A DNA stretch of 31,592 nucleotides from Clostridia bacterium (GTDB lineage: Bacteria > Bacillota > Clostridia > Oscillospirales > CAG-272): the NCBI GenBank assembly GCA_017960705.1, contig JAGCYR010000173.1, positions 1 through 31,592 of the forward strand. Reading direction: 5' to 3'. Position numbers and translations under genes: made by a program. The notes under the pieces are model-generated. The model was not told the DNA's origin. It did not search any database and was given only the letters and a program-made list of their open reading frames with translations. Below are positions 1 through 7,371 of this stretch, in pieces (the first letter of the stretch is position 1; each line of letters starts with the position of its first letter).

Positions 1-10
1 CAGGGTTCCC

Positions 11-117
11 GCGCAACATATCGCGTTTTGCGGACTAGTCCGTAAAACATATCGCGCGAAACGCGTGCGTTTCGCATATCGCGTTGCGCCTCGCAACATC
101 TCGCGCGGCGAAGCCGC
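11..117. repeat. Array of constant 9-nt linkers (CATATCGCG x3, CATCTCGCG x1) alternating with distinct palindromic hairpins; probably truncated by window start
   Basis: Linkers at 17-25, 48-56, 75-83, 97-105. Spacers 26-47, 57-74, 84-96 and 106-116 are each inverted repeats, read directly from the sequence. Confidence 0.9.
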
Positions 118-121
118 CTTC

Positions 122-970
122 TTACTCTCTGAACTCCCGTAACAGCGACACGCGCTTACTTGAATACCGGTACGCCATCTCAAAGTCGCCGAGCTCGCGG
201 TAGCAGGTCTCGGTGTCCGAGTAGATACGGTAGAGGAAATACGGGGGCAGCTCGCCCGAACTCTTCTTTTCCTCCAAAGCGAGCAGGGTAGTGAGCGCCT
301 CGCGGTAGCGGCGGTTGGTGATCATCTCGCGCGCCTTGCGGTGGAGATTGATCGAATCGCGGTTGCACTCGATCCCGGTCTCGTCGGTCAGGTACAGATA
401 GTCGTTGTAGCCGATCGCCTTTTCCGCCAAAGCGAGGTATTCCTCGCGCCTGACCTCCCAGCGCGGACTTTCGGGAGATTTCGCGACGGCGCGGCAGAGC
501 TCGGCGCGGGCGAGGATCCAGTCGGTCGGGAGGACGGTCTTTTTCGCGTACTCCTTCGCCGCTTCGACGTATTCGGGGATCTTCTTCAGGTTTCCTTCGC
601 GCATCGACCGCTCGGCAAGACCGAGGGCGGCGGCGGAGGCGATGCACGCGACCTCGTCCGCGATCCCGTCCGGTGGCAGCTTGCCGATCAGGGTCATAAC
701 GTCCGCAAACCGTCCCGCCGCGTACGCTTCACGGAGATCCGGCAGCGCCGCCCCGACGGCGAACGCGGTAAAGTCGTCCTCCTCCGAGACGAGGTAGGCG
801 ACCGGGACCGAGAGGGCTTTCGCGATTGCGGAGAGCGAATCGAGAGAGGGAAGACAGTCGCCCCGCTCGATCCGGCAGATCAGGTTGCGCGTCACGGCGT
901 CCCCGGCGACCTCGCGCTGGGTCAGCCCGAGTTCCTTCCGCCGCAGGCGGATCTTCTCGCCGACCGTCAT
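122..970 (-). CDS. XRE-family HTH transcriptional regulator with helical, TPR-like C-terminal region (282 aa)
   Basis: Start MTVGEKIRLRRKELGLTQREVAG at 970 (ATGA overlap with upstream stop). Classic HTH_3 pattern (IERG..LPSLDSL..IAKAL). C-terminus is Ala/Leu/Tyr-rich and helical. The ORF-track 5' extension is not used. Confidence 0.85.
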   Translation of the reverse strand: MTVGEKIRLRRKELGLTQREVAGDAVTRNLICRIERGDCLPSLDSLSAIAKALSVPVAYLVSEEDDFTAFAVGAALPDLREAYAAGRFADVMTLIGKLPPDGIADEVACIASAAALGLAERSMREGNLKKIPEYVEAAKEYAKKTVLPTDWILARAELCRAVAKSPESPRWEVRREEYLALAEKAIGYNDYLYLTDETGIECNRDSINLHRKAREMITNRRYREALTTLLALEEKKSSGELPPYFLYRIYSDTETCYRELGDFEMAYRYSSKRVSLLREFRE

Positions 971-1494
971 AGCTTTTTGAAGATCGAGTTGCCCCGGCAG
1001 TCGATCCCGACCCAAAGGGGCATCTCGGAAAAGACGAAGCGTTTGACCGATTCGCAGCCGAGGTCGTCGTAGGCGATCACCTCGGCGGAAAGAATATGTC
1101 CCGCCGCCAGCGCCCCGCCGCCGCCGAGCGCGCAGAGGTAGGCGGCGCCGTTCCGTTTCAGGGCTTCGTAGACCTCCTCCGAGCGGTCGCCTTTCCCGAT
1201 GGTCAGTTTGAGACCGAGATCGGTTAAGCGCGGCAGATAAAGGTCCATCCGCGACGAGGTGGTCGGACCGCACGAACCGACGGCAAGTCCGTTCTTCGCC
1301 GGGGTCGGTCCCGCGTAGTAGATCGCGGAACTCTCGAGCGGGAAGGGCAGGGGCTCGCCTTTTTCAAGCGCGGCGAAGATCCGCTTGTGCGCGGCGTCAC
1401 GCGCGGTGTAGACCACGCCGGAGAGCCGGATCTGTTCGCCCGCCGAGAGGTCTTTTACCCACGAGGCGAGGTCTTTGGTGTCAAGACGTTTCAT
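967..1494 (-). CDS. Fe-S hydro-lyase beta subunit (class I fumarate hydratase / tartrate dehydratase C-terminal domain)
   Basis: Motifs LSGVVYTARDAAHKR, YYAGPTP, GPTTSSRMD, IGKG, MPLWVGIDCRGNSI. AAAGGA RBS before ATG at 1494. Confidence 0.9.
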   Translation of the reverse strand: MKRLDTKDLASWVKDLSAGEQIRLSGVVYTARDAAHKRIFAALEKGEPLPFPLESSAIYYAGPTPAKNGLAVGSCGPTTSSRMDLYLPRLTDLGLKLTIGKGDRSEEVYEALKRNGAAYLCALGGGGALAAGHILSAEVIAYDDLGCESVKRFVFSEMPLWVGIDCRGNSIFKKL

Positions 1495-1523
1495 ATACTT
1501 CCTTTCGGCGTTCACGCCGTTTT

Positions 1524-2171
1524 TTATTGTCCCGGTTGCAGTACCACGTCGGGCACGCGTCCGACGATCACGGTCTCCGCCGCGGGGAAGGATCCGACGA
1601 TCTCGCGGGTCACGTTCCGACCGGGGAGAAGCACCGTGACCGCCGCCCTCGTTTCAAGGATCACGCGGTGGAGCGTCTGGTTGATCCCGACCGAAATAAA
1701 CTCGCTGCGGACGTTCGTGACGGCGGCGTAGGAGAGCACCGTCTTGAACGATATCGGGAACCCGCGCCCCGAGAGGAACGCCGACCCGGTCAGATTCCCC
1801 GAGGGGATCGTCACTTTACCGCGTTCGGAGAGGGTCTCGCGCAGCTTGCTTTGAAAAAACGCAGAGAGCTTCGTGATCGCGCCCGGGGCGGTTTCGACCG
1901 AGGTGACGGTGCCGTCCGAGGCGCGGGAGAGGGTCACGATCCCGTCGGAATCGAACCCGCCGTCGGAAAACGCCGCCTCCATCGCCTGCGCCGCCGCCTC
2001 GGAGAGCAGAGTTTCGGCTTTGTCGGAGGCAGAAATCTCCAGCTGCCGCCTAAGCGACCCGGACAGTCCCGCGAGCAGGGCGAAAACAAACGCGAGCAGG
2101 GGAAAGATCACCGACGCGGCGGTCTTTTTGCCGACCGTCCGTTTCGCGCGCCGTTTGATGGAAAACGTCAT
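1524..2171 (-). CDS. yunB: Sporulation protein YunB
   Basis: IPSGNLTGSAFLSGRG, SEFISVGINQTLHRV and AETVIVGRVP match YunB. N-terminal TM segment. AGGAG RBS before ATG at 2171. Confidence 0.9.
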   Translation of the reverse strand: MTFSIKRRAKRTVGKKTAASVIFPLLAFVFALLAGLSGSLRRQLEISASDKAETLLSEAAAQAMEAAFSDGGFDSDGIVTLSRASDGTVTSVETAPGAITKLSAFFQSKLRETLSERGKVTIPSGNLTGSAFLSGRGFPISFKTVLSYAAVTNVRSEFISVGINQTLHRVILETRAAVTVLLPGRNVTREIVGSFPAAETVIVGRVPDVVLQPGQ

Positions 2172-2205
2172 AGTCCGCTCCTGTCCCCTTATCGGGGTCC
2201 GGAAC

Positions 2206-2235
2206 ATCCTATGCCGGGTTTTCCTATCCTATACC
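2206..2235 (-). promoter_or_regulatory. sigmaE-like sporulation promoter for yunB
   Basis: Minus strand ggtATA-16 nt-CATAGGAT matches the sigmaE consensus ATA-N16-18-CATAnnnT. yunB is sigmaE-dependent in Bacillus subtilis. Confidence 0.6.
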
Positions 2236-2236
2236 G

Positions 2237-3280
2237 TCAGTCTTCGTCGTGTTTTACGTCGGAGAGGGGATTGCTCTCCATCGCCTGTTTCATCCCCTCG
2301 TCCGAGACGTGGGTGTAGATCTGCGTGGTGTTCAGCTGTTCGTGTCCGAGGATGTCTTTGAGTACCCGGATATCGACCTTTCCGGTCTGGTACATCAGGG
2401 TCGCAGCGGTGTGCCGGAGCTTGTGTACCGAGAGCCCGCGGTTCGAGAGCCCCGCCGCGTTCAGATAGCGGTAAACCATCCACTGCACCGTCTTGACCGA
2501 GATCCGCTGTACCCGGGAGGAGAGAAAGAGCGCGTCGGTGTTCTGCTTGCGCGGGTCCTCCTCCATCCGTTCGCGCAGATAGGAACGGAGGGCGGTGCGG
2601 CAGGCGTCGTTCAGGTAGATCATCCGCTGTTTCGCGCCCTTGCCGGTGACGCGGAGCGAGGTCAGTTCGGGGTCGATATCGGTGAGGTTGATCCCGACCA
2701 GTTCCGAAACGCGCATCCCGCAGTTCAGAAACAGCGTGATGATGGCGTAGTCTCGGACGCGGCTCTTGGATTCAAGGTCGTTTTCGACGGCGGCAAGCAG
2801 GCGGCGGCTCTCTTCAAGGTTCAGAAACTTCGGGAGGGTTGTGCGCTTCTTCGGCCCGTCGATATCGGCGGTCGGATCGTGGCTGATCAGGTGCTTTTTG
2901 GCGTACAGGTATTTGAAGAACGAACGGAGCGCCGAGAGCTTGCGCATCTTCGCCGCCGTCCCGTTCCCGCGTTGCTGGTCGACGTAGAACAGAAACCGAT
3001 AGATGGTCTCGGTCGTCACCCTCTCCATATCGGCGGCGGTGATCCCGCGGACGTCGATCTCCGAAAACTCCTTCGAGTTCGGATCGATCCTCTTTTCGGT
3101 CGCGATCAGATAGCGGAAAAACATCCGAAGATCGGACAGATATTCGCACACGGTCTTATCGCTTTTTCCCTCGATGACCGATTTCTGCGTCGCGTAGTCG
3201 ATCGCGACGGCGGGGAAGAGCTCGATCTCCGAGCCGTGAAGGGTAAGGACAGCCACGCTCTCGCTTCCTTTCTTTTTCAT
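2237..3280 (-). CDS. xerC: Tyrosine recombinase, XerC-like
   Basis: All catalytic motifs present: GMRVSEL (R), GKG (K), HKLRH (HxxR), LGH, TQIY (Y). An alternative GTG start at 3256 has an AAAGGA RBS and fits a TATAAT at 3289-3294 (minus strand). Confidence 0.88.
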   Translation of the reverse strand: MKKKGSESVAVLTLHGSEIELFPAVAIDYATQKSVIEGKSDKTVCEYLSDLRMFFRYLIATEKRIDPNSKEFSEIDVRGITAADMERVTTETIYRFLFYVDQQRGNGTAAKMRKLSALRSFFKYLYAKKHLISHDPTADIDGPKKRTTLPKFLNLEESRRLLAAVENDLESKSRVRDYAIITLFLNCGMRVSELVGINLTDIDPELTSLRVTGKGAKQRMIYLNDACRTALRSYLRERMEEDPRKQNTDALFLSSRVQRISVKTVQWMVYRYLNAAGLSNRGLSVHKLRHTAATLMYQTGKVDIRVLKDILGHEQLNTTQIYTHVSDEGMKQAMESNPLSDVKHDED

Positions 3281-3346
3281 CTGCTTCTATTATACTACAA
3301 AACAAAAATTTTTAGTGAATAAAATGTAAACGAATTGTAATCCGCC

Positions 3347-3375
3347 TTGTTTTTTCTTCCGCGGTCAGTTACAAT
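3347..3375 (+). promoter_or_regulatory. sigmaA-type promoter
   Basis: TTGTTT-17 nt-TACAAT upstream of the gene at 3405. Confidence 0.6.
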
Positions 3376-3404
3376 GAAAAAAGAATCCCCCGGGAGGACG
3401 GAAA

Positions 3405-4010
3405 ATGGAATTTTGGAAAAAGCATTCCTATCAGATCGTGCGCCTGTTCGTCATTCAGATCGGGATCGCGATCTTCGGATTGGTGCTGTCGTTTGCAGTG
3501 ATGACCGCGTTCCGTAATCGGAGCGATTGGCTCCCCCTGCTGATGGTCAGCATCTTTTCGGTTTTGTTTTATCTGTTTCTCCTCTACTCGGTCGCGTGGG
3601 AGATCGGCGGCAAGGACCGGCTGAAGCTGGACGCCGTGCACACCGAATTCAAGGGAAGCACGGGCATTTTCCTCGCGCTTTTTGCCGAGATCCCGAACTT
3701 CCTTTTCGACCTTGTGATGCTGATCGGCGGGATCCTCGTCCGCGCCGGCGCGACGGTCGGCGGCTCCCGTACCTTCGGCGTCGGGTACGCCCCCTCCAAC
3801 TTCCTGAATTCAATGTATACCGGGATCATCCGCAACCTGCTCACGGCGACCGGACTCTCGCAGGACGCGTCCCCGTCCTATTATCTCGTTGCCGCGCTGT
3901 TCTTCCTTGCGTCGACCGTCCCCGCGATCCTGACGATCGGATTCGGCTACTGGATGGGCGTGAACGAGAAACGGATCATCCCCGCCAAGCGCCCCGAAGG
4001 CGGCAAGTAA
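3405..4010 (+). CDS. Hypothetical multi-pass membrane protein (about 5 TM segments)
   Basis: GGAGG RBS, hydrophobic segments, host-like codon usage; family not recognised. Confidence 0.8.
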   Translation: MEFWKKHSYQIVRLFVIQIGIAIFGLVLSFAVMTAFRNRSDWLPLLMVSIFSVLFYLFLLYSVAWEIGGKDRLKLDAVHTEFKGSTGIFLALFAEIPNFLFDLVMLIGGILVRAGATVGGSRTFGVGYAPSNFLNSMYTGIIRNLLTATGLSQDASPSYYLVAALFFLASTVPAILTIGFGYWMGVNEKRIIPAKRPEGGK

Positions 4011-4013
4011 TAC

Positions 4014-4043
4014 CGCATAGAAATAGATCGACCCCCATATCCT
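4014..4043 (+). promoter_or_regulatory. sigmaE-like sporulation promoter for cwlD
   Basis: cgcATA-16 nt-CATATCCT, same spacing as the yunB promoter. cwlD has a sigmaE promoter in B. subtilis. Confidence 0.6.
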
Positions 4044-4070
4044 GTACCGAACGGGAAGGGGGTCTTTTCT
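4030..4070 (+). terminator. Intrinsic terminator of the membrane protein gene, overlapping the cwlD promoter and RBS
   Basis: GACCCCC(4030-4036)/GGGGGTC(4058-4064) stem with inner CCTGT/ACGGG pairing, followed by TTTTCT. Confidence 0.65.
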
Positions 4071-4071
4071 T

Positions 4072-4791
4072 ATGTCCCACGGGTGGTTTTTTCGTCGCTT
4101 TTTCGCGGCGGGTCTGTCGGTCCTGCTTCTTCTTTTGTTTTCCACCCGGACGGTGTTCGCCGGGACGGTCGAGACCGCCGCAGAGCCCCCTCCGACCGTG
4201 ATCCTCGACGCGGGGCACGGCGGACCCGACGGCGGGGCGACCGGGGTCAACGGAGCCCACGACAAGGACCTCAATCTCGCGATGGTTCTTCTGATCGCCG
4301 ACCTGCTCCGGGGAGAGGGGGTCGAGGTGATCCTCACGCGAACCGACGATTCGCTCCCGATCACCGAGGAACAGGACGGATCGGGACATAGGAAACGCTG
4401 GGACGTCACCAACCGGATCGCGTTCACCAAGCTCTATCCCGACGCTCTCTTCGTCAGTATCCACATGAATCTGTATCCCGTCGAAAAGGTCAGCGGACTG
4501 CAGGTCTGGTACGCGAAGACCGCGGGCAGCGCCGAACTTGCGGAAATCGTCCGGCGGCGGGTTGTCGCGGATCTTCAGCCGGAGAACAAACGGCAGTGCA
4601 AACAAGCCGACCGGTCCATCCGTCTGCTCGATTCCGCCGAGAGCGTCGCGATCCTTGTCGAGTGCTGATTTCTCTCCAACCGCGCCGAATGCGAAAAATT
4701 GTGCTCGCCCGATTATCAAAGAGAATTGTCTTTTTCGATTTTCTGTGCTATAATGGAATACGTAAATCAAAGAAACGGGACAAAGAGTTGA
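4072..4791 (+). pseudogene. cwlD: N-acetylmuramoyl-L-alanine amidase (CwlD-like, Amidase_3) interrupted by in-frame TGA at 4666-4668
   Basis: ILDAGHGGPDGG, SIHMN and ILVEC*FLSN motifs. The frame continues past the TGA (FLSNRAECEKLCSPDYQRELSFSIFCAIMEY) to TGA at 4789-4791, giving about 239 aa. The gene symbol rests on motifs plus the sigmaE-like promoter. Confidence 0.8.
4726..4754 (+). promoter_or_regulatory. sigmaA extended -10 promoter for radA, embedded in the cwlD 3' end
   Basis: TTGTCT-17 nt-TATAAT with TGn directly before the -10. Confidence 0.65.
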
Positions 4792-4810
4792 AACAACCGT
4801 TCCCGGGGAG

Positions 4811-6214
4811 TTGAAAATGGCAGTGAACAAACCGCCGAAACCCATCTTCGTCTGCGCCTCCTGCGGAGCGACCGCTTCGCGTTGGGTGGGGCGCTGTCCC
4901 GACTGCGGCGCGTGGAATACGATGGAGGAGACGACCGTTTCCCCCGAGCCCTCCCGCGCCGCTCCCGCGGTCGTCGCCCCGCGTTCCCCAGCCGTCAAGC
5001 TGTCCGACCTCGACGCGCCCTCGTATCTGCGGAGCGGGACGGGGATGGGAGAGCTCGACCGCGTGCTCGGAGGGGGGCTGGTCGAGGGGTCGGTCGTCCT
5101 GATCTCGGGCGAGCCGGGGATCGGTAAATCCACCATCCTGCTCCAGATCTCGGCGCACCTGTCCGAGTCCCGCCGCGTGCTCTACGTGACCGGCGAGGAA
5201 TCGGGGGGACAGATCCGGCTCCGCTACGACCGTCTCGGGGTCAAGGGCGACCAGATCTTTCTTCTGACCGAGACCAATACCGACGCCATCCTCGGCGAGT
5301 GCAAACGCATCTCCCCCGACGTCGTCGTGATCGACTCGGTGCAGACGCTCTATTCCGAGCGCTTCTCTTCGGCTCCCGGTTCGGTAACGCAGGTCAGGGA
5401 AGGGGCGCTCGCCTTCATCACCTACGCCAAGACCGAGGGCGCCGCCGTGTTCTTCGTCGGACACGTCAACAAGGAGGGCGGCATCTCGGGACCCAAGATG
5501 CTCGAACATATGGTCGACGCGGTCCTCTACTTCGAGGGCGAGCGGACCCAGGCGTACCGCATCATCCGCGCGACCAAGAACCGTTACGGCTCGACCAACG
5601 AGATCGGCGTATTTGAAATGAGCGACCGGGGGCTTATCGAGATCCCGAATCCCTCCGAGGTACTGATCTCCGAGCGCCCCAAGAGCGTCAGCGGGAGCTG
5701 CGCCGGCTGCATCCTTGAAGGCACGCGCCCCCTGATCACCGAGATCCAGACGCTGGTGACCCCGACGGTCTACGCCGTCCCGAAACGCACCTCCGACGGC
5801 TTCGACTACAACCGGCTGGGGCTTTTGCTCGCGGTTCTTGAAAGACGGCTGGGGCTCCGCTTCTCCCAGAACGACGTTTACCTCAATATCGCGGGCGGAC
5901 TCCGCCTCGACGAACCGGCGGCGGATCTGTCGGTCGCGCTGGCTCTGATCTCGGGCATCACCGACCGCACGCTTCCCGACGACCTGATCGCCTTCGGCGA
6001 GGTGGGGCTGGCGGGCGAGGTGCGCGCCGTACCCCGTACCGAATACCGGATCAAAGAGGCGGTGCGGCTGGGCTTCCACACCGTCCTGATCCCCAAACGG
6101 CAGAAGAGAAAAGACCTGACCGTTCCGGCGGACGTCAGACTGGTCGGGGTCTCCTCGCTCTACGAGGTTCTGCCCTTCCTCGTCAAGAAAGAGAACGGGG
6201 AAGACGGGAAATGA
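4811..6214 (+). CDS. radA: DNA repair protein RadA/Sms
   Basis: Zn ribbon CxxC...CPDCGAWNT, Walker A GEPGIGKST, KNRYG motif, Lon-like C-terminus. Start may be ATG at 4817. Confidence 0.96.
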   Translation: MKMAVNKPPKPIFVCASCGATASRWVGRCPDCGAWNTMEETTVSPEPSRAAPAVVAPRSPAVKLSDLDAPSYLRSGTGMGELDRVLGGGLVEGSVVLISGEPGIGKSTILLQISAHLSESRRVLYVTGEESGGQIRLRYDRLGVKGDQIFLLTETNTDAILGECKRISPDVVVIDSVQTLYSERFSSAPGSVTQVREGALAFITYAKTEGAAVFFVGHVNKEGGISGPKMLEHMVDAVLYFEGERTQAYRIIRATKNRYGSTNEIGVFEMSDRGLIEIPNPSEVLISERPKSVSGSCAGCILEGTRPLITEIQTLVTPTVYAVPKRTSDGFDYNRLGLLLAVLERRLGLRFSQNDVYLNIAGGLRLDEPAADLSVALALISGITDRTLPDDLIAFGEVGLAGEVRAVPRTEYRIKEAVRLGFHTVLIPKRQKRKDLTVPADVRLVGVSSLYEVLPFLVKKENGEDGK

Positions 6215-7173
6215 AACGCCCGACCCAGCGCGAGACCAATCCCTTTCCGTACAGCGACGACAACAAGCGCTATCACACCTTTGATTACTACCTGAAACGG
6301 AGGTACGGCGGCAAGTGCGCGGTCATCCCGCTCGACGCCGGTTTTTCCTGTCCGAATATCGACGGAACGAAGGGAACGGGCGGCTGCATTTACTGCTCCG
6401 GATGGGGCAGCGGCGACTTCGCTCCGTCGCCCGATCTGCCGCTTTCCGAACAGTACGCCGTCCAAAAGGCGAAAATCTCGGAAAAGTGGACTTGCACCCG
6501 CTTCATCCCGTACCTGCAGGCGCACTCCAACACCTACGCGCCCCTCGAACGGCTGAAACCGGTCTACGATCTTCTGCCGACCCTTCCGGGCGCCGTCGCC
6601 GTCCATATCGCGACCCGCCCCGACTGCCTCTCTCCCGCGATCGGGGAATTGCTCCGCGAACTGTCGGAGAAGATCGATCTGACCGTCGAACTCGGCTTGC
6701 AGACGGTCTCGGACAAAACGGCGGAGATCATCAACAGACGCCATTCCCTCGACGATTTTCGCGCGGGATTCGAGCTTCTGCGGAACGCCGTCCCGAAGGC
6801 GCGGATCTCTGTCCACCTGATCGACGGACTGCCGGGCGAGACCGAGGACGATATGCTCCGCTCCGCGAAAACGGTCGGGGAGATTGGCGCGGACGAGGTC
6901 AAGATCCATCTGCTCCACGTCCTCGACGGAACGCCGCTCGCCGACGCGTACCGGAGAGGGGAATACGTCCCGATGACCTTTGACGGCTATATCGCGATCG
7001 TCGCGGAACAGTTGACTCTGCTCCCGCCCTCCTGCGTGATCGGTCGGTTGACCGGCGACGGCGACCGAAGGACCCTGCTCGCCCCGCTCTGGAGCGTCCC
7101 GAAGCTCGCCGTGATCGACGCGATCGACCGTCTGCTTTTTGAGAACGGCTTGTATCAGGGATGCCGCCTTTGA
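6211..7173 (+). CDS. TIGR01212-family (YhcC/YtqA-like) radical SAM protein
   Basis: DAGFSCPNIDG..GTGGCIYC, TRPDC, VELGLQT and VKIHLLHVL motifs. Confidence 0.9.
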   Translation: MKRPTQRETNPFPYSDDNKRYHTFDYYLKRRYGGKCAVIPLDAGFSCPNIDGTKGTGGCIYCSGWGSGDFAPSPDLPLSEQYAVQKAKISEKWTCTRFIPYLQAHSNTYAPLERLKPVYDLLPTLPGAVAVHIATRPDCLSPAIGELLRELSEKIDLTVELGLQTVSDKTAEIINRRHSLDDFRAGFELLRNAVPKARISVHLIDGLPGETEDDMLRSAKTVGEIGADEVKIHLLHVLDGTPLADAYRRGEYVPMTFDGYIAIVAEQLTLLPPSCVIGRLTGDGDRRTLLAPLWSVPKLAVIDAIDRLLFENGLYQGCRL

Positions 7174-7208
7174 TCCCCCCATCCGATATCGGATCGGGGG
7201 ACTTTTTT
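7174..7208 (+). terminator. Intrinsic terminator after the radical SAM gene
   Basis: TCCCCC-C-ATCCGATATCGGAT-C-GGGGGA followed by a T6 tract. Confidence 0.85.
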
Positions 7209-7284
7209 GCTTTTTTTGTGCATATACGCCAAAAAAGAGCCGGATTATTCTACATCCGGACGGGCGAAAGTTCCGAAAAAGCGA

Positions 7285-7313
7285 TTGATTTTCTTTTTCT
7301 TTTCCTGTATAAT
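7285..7313 (+). promoter_or_regulatory. sigmaA promoter for the EF-G paralogue
   Basis: TTGATT-17 nt-TATAAT. Confidence 0.75.
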
Positions 7314-7371
7314 ATCCCTGTGACGGTCATACGCCGTCTGCATCCCGAAAAAAAGAAGGAGCGCACTCATT

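Noticed and set aside
11-117. CRISPR interpretation of the linker/spacer array
   Set aside because: The repeat is only 9 nt, spacers are 11-22 nt, variable and themselves palindromic, and no cas genes are present.
971-1273. Upstream-extended starts in the ORF track (e.g. 1273, 15478, 17165, 22093, 25738, 29882)
   Set aside because: Extensions overlap real neighbouring genes or promoters; downstream starts have clear RBSs or stop/start overlaps.
2237-3280. Tyrosine recombinase as integrase of a mobile element
   Set aside because: Flanked by core and sporulation genes with host-like composition; no att repeats, tRNA target or cargo. It fits chromosomal XerC, and no convincing dif-like site was found next to it.
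4663-4668. TGA as Gly (genetic code 25) or selenocysteine (Cys-Sec pair) in cwlD
   Set aside because: 18 genes here end in TGA at homologous C-termini, often in ATGA overlaps. The aligned residue is Gly, not Cys, and no SECIS-like hairpin is evident downstream.
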